From the NCBI RefSeq assembly GCF_001945605.1, contig NZ_MPKA01000077.1:1-17972 (forward strand): 17,972 bases of DNA. The letters are read 5' to 3'. This document shows positions 14,884 to 17,972 of the stretch, piece by piece. Source of the stretch: Dubosiella newyorkensis. Lineage in GTDB: Bacteria; Bacillota_I; Bacilli_A; Erysipelotrichales; Erysipelotrichaceae. A program made the translations under genes and the position numbers. The number at the start of each line of letters is the position of its first letter. Position 1 is the first letter of the stretch. The notes under the pieces were generated by a model. The model searched no databases. It had not been told where the DNA came from and was given only the letters and a program-made list of their open reading frames with translations.

Positions 14884-15474
14884 ATGGAACAAGAAAATAT
14901 TTATGAGCTCATCTATCTTTATTTTTTGAAAGATGATGAAGCGATCGCTCGTTTGATCGAGTATTATCGGCCACTCGTCTATCGGCTCTTAAAAGAAAAA
15001 AGATCATTTTCTAGAACGCAGGATGGATGGTTCGAAGATCGTTTGGCGTTGGCGGATACGGTGCTGCTCGATTGTTTAGAATCGTATCGTCCTTATCAGA
15101 ATATTCCTTTTACCGTTTATTATAAGAGCGCCCTGCAAAATAAATTGATTGATGAAGGAAAGTATGAACAGCGGCATTCGCTCAACTATCATTTTGATGT
15201 GGTTTCCCTTGATCGAAAAGTCAAAGAAGATGGTGTGACCCAATATGTCGATCTGATCGCCGATCCACAAGCAGAGCATGCGAAAAACACATTGATCAAA
15301 GACTGGATCGATTCTTTGCAGGAACAAAAGCTCTTTTCTGCAGAAGATCTCGAAGTGATCAAGCTCAAGGCGGAAGGGTATAAGCAATCCGAAATCAGTC
15401 GCATGACAGGAAAATCCCGTAAATATATCCGGAAAGTGCTCGATCAATTCAAAAATTGGTATCTTAACAATTGA
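14884..15474 (+). CDS. sigH: sigma-70 family alternative sigma factor, SigH/ComX-like by size and synteny
   Basis: 196 aa. It has a region-2-like segment (YRPLVYRLL..., FTVYYKSALQNKLID) and a C-terminal region-4 HTH (LSAEDLEVIKLKAEGYKQSEISRMTGKSRKYIRKVL). The order cysS-mrnC-rlmB-(yacP)-sigH is conserved in Bacilli. There is no obvious Shine-Dalgarno, and the start lies 6 nt after the rlmB stop. Confidence 0.65.
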   Translation: MEQENIYELIYLYFLKDDEAIARLIEYYRPLVYRLLKEKRSFSRTQDGWFEDRLALADTVLLDCLESYRPYQNIPFTVYYKSALQNKLIDEGKYEQRHSLNYHFDVVSLDRKVKEDGVTQYVDLIADPQAEHAKNTLIKDWIDSLQEQKLFSAEDLEVIKLKAEGYKQSEISRMTGKSRKYIRKVLDQFKNWYLNN

Positions 15475-15520
15475 TAGAAGATAAGAGGATATCGATCTGG
15501 ATTCAAGAGATGATTTACAA

Positions 15521-15566
15521 AAAGAGTGCTAAGGAAACGGTGTAAACCGGTATCTTAGCACTCTTT
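15521..15566. terminator. bidirectional terminator between the sigH-like gene and the convergent regulator gene
   Basis: A 13-bp perfect stem AAAGAGTGCTAAG ... CTTAGCACTCTTT contains an inner CGG/CCG sub-stem. T-rich tracts lie on both strands' downstream sides. Confidence 0.7.
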
Positions 15567-15624
15567 TATTTTTCTTATAATAGAATAATTATGAAGCGAT
15601 AGCGAATAAGACTTGTGCATTTCT

Positions 15625-16929
15625 TCAGTGAAAGGCATTATTTAATTTTAAATACTGGATCAGTTTCTCTTGTAAAACAATGACCTGCTCCAAATCATTT
15701 TGTTGTCGATAGTAATCGATCAGCAAGCTGTAAAATGGAATTTCCAGCTCTATCGCTCTGTAAAAAGGCAGCAAAGATGTAATTTGAAATTCCAGATCGA
15801 ATACGTCCAGTTCCTGATTCAACACTTTGATCATCAGCTGCATGAACAGTTTGATCGGTAGGGCACGATCCTCTTTCCTCTCCTGGTCAATGAATTCCTG
15901 CGCAAAGTTTTTGCATTGATCAAATCGTTTCAATCGATAGCTGGAAAAAACCAATACGATATAAATATCCGGAAAAGAACTGCCAAGCTCTCTGGATCTC
16001 ATGGCATATTCAAGCGCCTGTTCATCTTTTTCCTGAATGAACAGGCACCAGGAAAAATTATCGTAAAGAGATGTTAAGATTTGATGATCGATGACCTGCT
16101 CTTTATTTACTGATAAATTTGTAAAAATCTCGATCGCTTTCGAATAGATCCTGAGTTTTCGATATAGTATCCCTTCGTTCATTTGTACCGTTAAGATTCG
16201 TCGATATGCGCCCGCTTGTTGAAGATGCTCTTTGCAGTTTTTTACAAGTTCAAGTGCCTGCATCGGTTTATTTAAATCATCAAGTCGGTACATTAAATGG
16301 TATTCGATCAAACCAATCAGTCCATGATGATCGATCTGCCGCGCACAGCGAAGCGCTTTTTGAAGATATTGAATTTGAGATCCGATCACATCAAGATCTA
16401 TCGCATCCTCTATGATCCCGCACAGATCATAGAGGATCGATACGTAGTATTCACTTACAAAATATTGTGAATCAATAATTTTTTTGATATCTTCTGCTGT
16501 TCCTGTATTTTGGAAAAGATCATAAAACGATTCCACGATTTTATAATGAAAATACGCAAAAGAATGCTTATTATTTTCCTGATCGAGATAAATTTTAATT
16601 TCATCCAGCTTTTTAAAATAGGAAAGATGGATAAAATCTTGTACGCAGCGATCGATCCATTGTTCCGCTTCCTCTAATTGCGCAATTTTTCTATTGAATT
16701 TATAATCCGGATCATACTTCTCAAAATATTCAATCGCATGATTAAACAGATCCACATCCATATTCGCCTGTCCAGACTCCATTCTTGACAGTGAAGAATT
16801 GCTAACATGAAGAATTTTCGCCAGATCTTTCTGTGGGACTTCATAATATTTCCTCAATTCTTGAATATAAGCAGCATAAAAGCGATCTTTCCTATATTTT
16901 TCCTGATTTGTCTTTCTATAAATGGTCAT
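15625..16929 (-). CDS. XRE-type HTH plus helical-repeat (TPR-like) transcriptional regulator, RRNPP-family-like (NprR/PlcR/Rgg-type architecture)
   Basis: 434 aa. Residues ~20-70 (IQELRKYYEVPQKDLAKILHVSNSSLSRMESGQANMDVDLF) form a classic XRE/Cro HTH. The remaining ~360 aa are all-helical-looking, with repeated A/Y/L-patterned ~34-aa units (e.g. ALEYAMRSRELG, AIEIFTNL, YRAIELEIPFYSLLIDYY). The gene is more AT-rich than its neighbours, and no Shine-Dalgarno precedes the ATG. Confidence 0.72.
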   Translation of the reverse strand: MTIYRKTNQEKYRKDRFYAAYIQELRKYYEVPQKDLAKILHVSNSSLSRMESGQANMDVDLFNHAIEYFEKYDPDYKFNRKIAQLEEAEQWIDRCVQDFIHLSYFKKLDEIKIYLDQENNKHSFAYFHYKIVESFYDLFQNTGTAEDIKKIIDSQYFVSEYYVSILYDLCGIIEDAIDLDVIGSQIQYLQKALRCARQIDHHGLIGLIEYHLMYRLDDLNKPMQALELVKNCKEHLQQAGAYRRILTVQMNEGILYRKLRIYSKAIEIFTNLSVNKEQVIDHQILTSLYDNFSWCLFIQEKDEQALEYAMRSRELGSSFPDIYIVLVFSSYRLKRFDQCKNFAQEFIDQERKEDRALPIKLFMQLMIKVLNQELDVFDLEFQITSLLPFYRAIELEIPFYSLLIDYYRQQNDLEQVIVLQEKLIQYLKLNNAFH

Positions 16930-17021
16930 ATTTTATTTTTAGAATTTCGCAAAAAAACGATTCCCTTTCTTTTTAATAAATTTTATCATGAATATAACAA
17001 AGAAAGAAGGAAACAGGTTTT

Positions 17022-17165
17022 ATGAAAAGGAACTATATTAAATTCATTATGATGGTATGCGTCGGAGGTGTTCTTCTCTTGCCTGAGTATTGCCCTGAAC
17101 ACCATAAGGTTGATGATTGCTGGAAAACAAGCTTACCTTACGGCGATAATAAAGGGCATAAATAG
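17022..17165 (+). CDS. candidate 47-aa secreted pre-peptide (possible cognate signalling pro-peptide; below the ORF-track cutoff)
   Basis: ATG 17022..TAG 17165 encodes MKRNYIKFIMMVCVGGVLLLPEYCPEHHKVDDCWKTSLPYGDNKGHK. It has a basic N-terminus and hydrophobic core (signal-peptide-like) followed by a polar 26-aa tail with two Cys. AAGGA at 17007-17011 lies 10 nt upstream. It is divergent from the regulator (92-nt intergenic region) and 35 nt upstream of the next same-strand ORF. Confidence 0.45.
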   Translation: MKRNYIKFIMMVCVGGVLLLPEYCPEHHKVDDCWKTSLPYGDNKGHK

Positions 17166-17200
17166 TAAGGTTGTAAAAGATAGAAGGAGAATAATTCATT

Positions 17201-17890
17201 ATGGAAAAGTTTAAAATTAAAAATTTGTTCGTAAATATTTTTAGTATAATGGTGTGTCTATGCATGGGGATTTTATTAGTTACACCTGTTTCGGCTTCTG
17301 AAGAAAATATTCAGAATAGGAAAGAATCAAACCCAATCATTCTTGAGTTTAACAAGATTCAAGATAAAATAACCGAATCATTATCAATTGAAGGCAATCA
17401 TTATGTATATGATAAAAACTACATCAATCATTTATTTGATGAATTTGATATAAATACATTTAACGAAATCACAGGTAAAAAATATACATTAGAAAGCTTA
17501 AAATCAGATATTTACTATGCTTTAGATACATATATAATTTCTAATCAGATTTCCACATATGGAACTTATTACAATAGAAACGCAACAGAAGAAGGTTGGA
17601 ATTATTGGCGATGGTACATGAGTGAAGCTAAAACAAATGAAATGATTCAGTCTTTAACTAATATTAGTAATGGAGAATTAGGGACTTCGATTATTTTAGG
17701 TATAATTTCAGTACTTCCTGGAGCTGGAGTAATTGGATGGGCTGGGTTAACCGCAACTTTGAAAGCAGGATGGAATGGACTATATAGACAATCACTAATT
17801 AATGTTAACGGGCCAGGAGGAACCGTTACTGATATTAATAAATTTACTATATATATTGCCTTTAATAAGCCAAACAAAGTCGATCAATGA
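17201..17890 (+). CDS. hypothetical exported protein with a C-terminal glycine-zipper-like hydrophobic segment
   Basis: 229 aa. It has an N-terminal Sec signal (MEKFKIKNLFVNIFSIMVCLCMGILLVTPVSA|SEE). The mature part is N/Y/I-rich and aromatic-rich (GWNYWRWY). The C-terminal segment is TSIILGIISVLPGAGVIGWAGLTATLKAGW. The RBS GAAGGAG lies at 17183-17189. The gene is very AT-rich. I recognise no family. The last ~9 codons overlap a convergent transposase-like ORF, so the native C-terminus may be missing. Confidence 0.6.
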   Translation: MEKFKIKNLFVNIFSIMVCLCMGILLVTPVSASEENIQNRKESNPIILEFNKIQDKITESLSIEGNHYVYDKNYINHLFDEFDINTFNEITGKKYTLESLKSDIYYALDTYIISNQISTYGTYYNRNATEEGWNYWRWYMSEAKTNEMIQSLTNISNGELGTSIILGIISVLPGAGVIGWAGLTATLKAGWNGLYRQSLINVNGPGGTVTDINKFTIYIAFNKPNKVDQ

Positions 17891-17972
17891 CTTGGTACGG
17901 GCGCTGATTGACCCATTTTTCGAATTCTTTGACCCTCGCACTGATTTCCTGCTTTGTATGAATGAATACATT
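17862..17972 (-). CDS. C-terminal fragment of a transposase/integrase-like protein (enters from beyond the window end)
   Basis: Minus-strand reading from the window edge gives NVFIHTKQEISARVKEFEKWVNQRPYQVIDRLCLAY*, with the stop at 17864-17862. The ...W/L-x-N-x-RP-x-x-V/L... segment resembles the C-terminal region of DDE (IS30 / rve-type) transposases. G+C rises abruptly at about 17880. Only 36 codons are visible, so the call is weak. Confidence 0.3.
   Translation of the reverse strand, partial: NVFIHTKQEISARVKEFEKWVNQRPYQVIDRLCLAY

Noticed and set aside
14317-14892. 191-aa antisense ORF covering most of rlmB
   Set aside because: It is long but fully antisense to a gene with clear SPOUT motifs. 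It has no RBS and no recognisable domain, and is typical of stop-codon-poor antisense frames.
16807-17265. 72-aa plus-strand ORF (16807-17025) and 72-aa minus-strand ORF (17047-17265) in the regulator/peptide region
   Set aside because: The first is antisense to the regulator N-terminus and runs into the intergenic region. The second is antisense to the 47-aa ORF and to the start of the 229-aa gene. Neither has an RBS, and such ORFs are expected by chance in AT-rich low-complexity DNA.
1-17972. Composite transposon hypothesis (mobile-element sequences at both window edges)
   Set aside because: The two edge fragments look like different families (IS3 OrfA versus an IS30/rve-like C-terminus). 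The interior is dominated by single-copy core genes (gap, cysS, rlmB, ptsH) with host-like composition.
1-17972. Scan for tRNA/rRNA genes, CRISPR arrays and multi-gene defence systems
   Set aside because: No regularly spaced direct repeats, no cloverleaf-like or rRNA-like segments and no cluster of large uncharacterised ORFs were seen. All intergenic regions are short and explained by promoters or terminators.

Overview
This 18 kb window looks like a low-GC Bacillota-type chromosome and is mostly core metabolism. All calls rest on reading motifs and translations by eye, since no similarity search was possible. The left edge carries the 5' end of an IS3-family element (OrfA, minus strand). Next come a glycogen synthesis block (glgC-glgD-glgA, with a DUF523/TudS-like gene overlapping the glgA stop), a monocistronic ptsH (HPr) and a phosphoglucomutase. 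These are followed by a VanZ-like membrane protein, an SDR plus RpiB/LacAB-like isomerase pair (DhuD/DhuI-like), and a minus-strand Lrp/AsnC regulator plus class-I aminotransferase pair (AlaR/AlaT-like). After gap comes the conserved cysS-mrnC-rlmB-sigH-like block, preceded by an unannotated 54-codon ORF and a weak terminator hairpin.

The only accessory-looking part is the AT-rich right end (about 15.6-17.9 kb). It holds a 434-aa HTH plus helical-repeat (RRNPP-like) regulator and, divergent from it, an unannotated 47-aa ORF with a signal-peptide-like N-terminus. A 229-aa exported protein with a glycine-zipper-like hydrophobic segment lies 35 nt downstream of that ORF. It abuts a transposase-like fragment at the window edge. 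I consider this a candidate peptide quorum-sensing cassette with an uncharacterised output, and the best lead in the window. No tRNA, rRNA or CRISPR array was seen.
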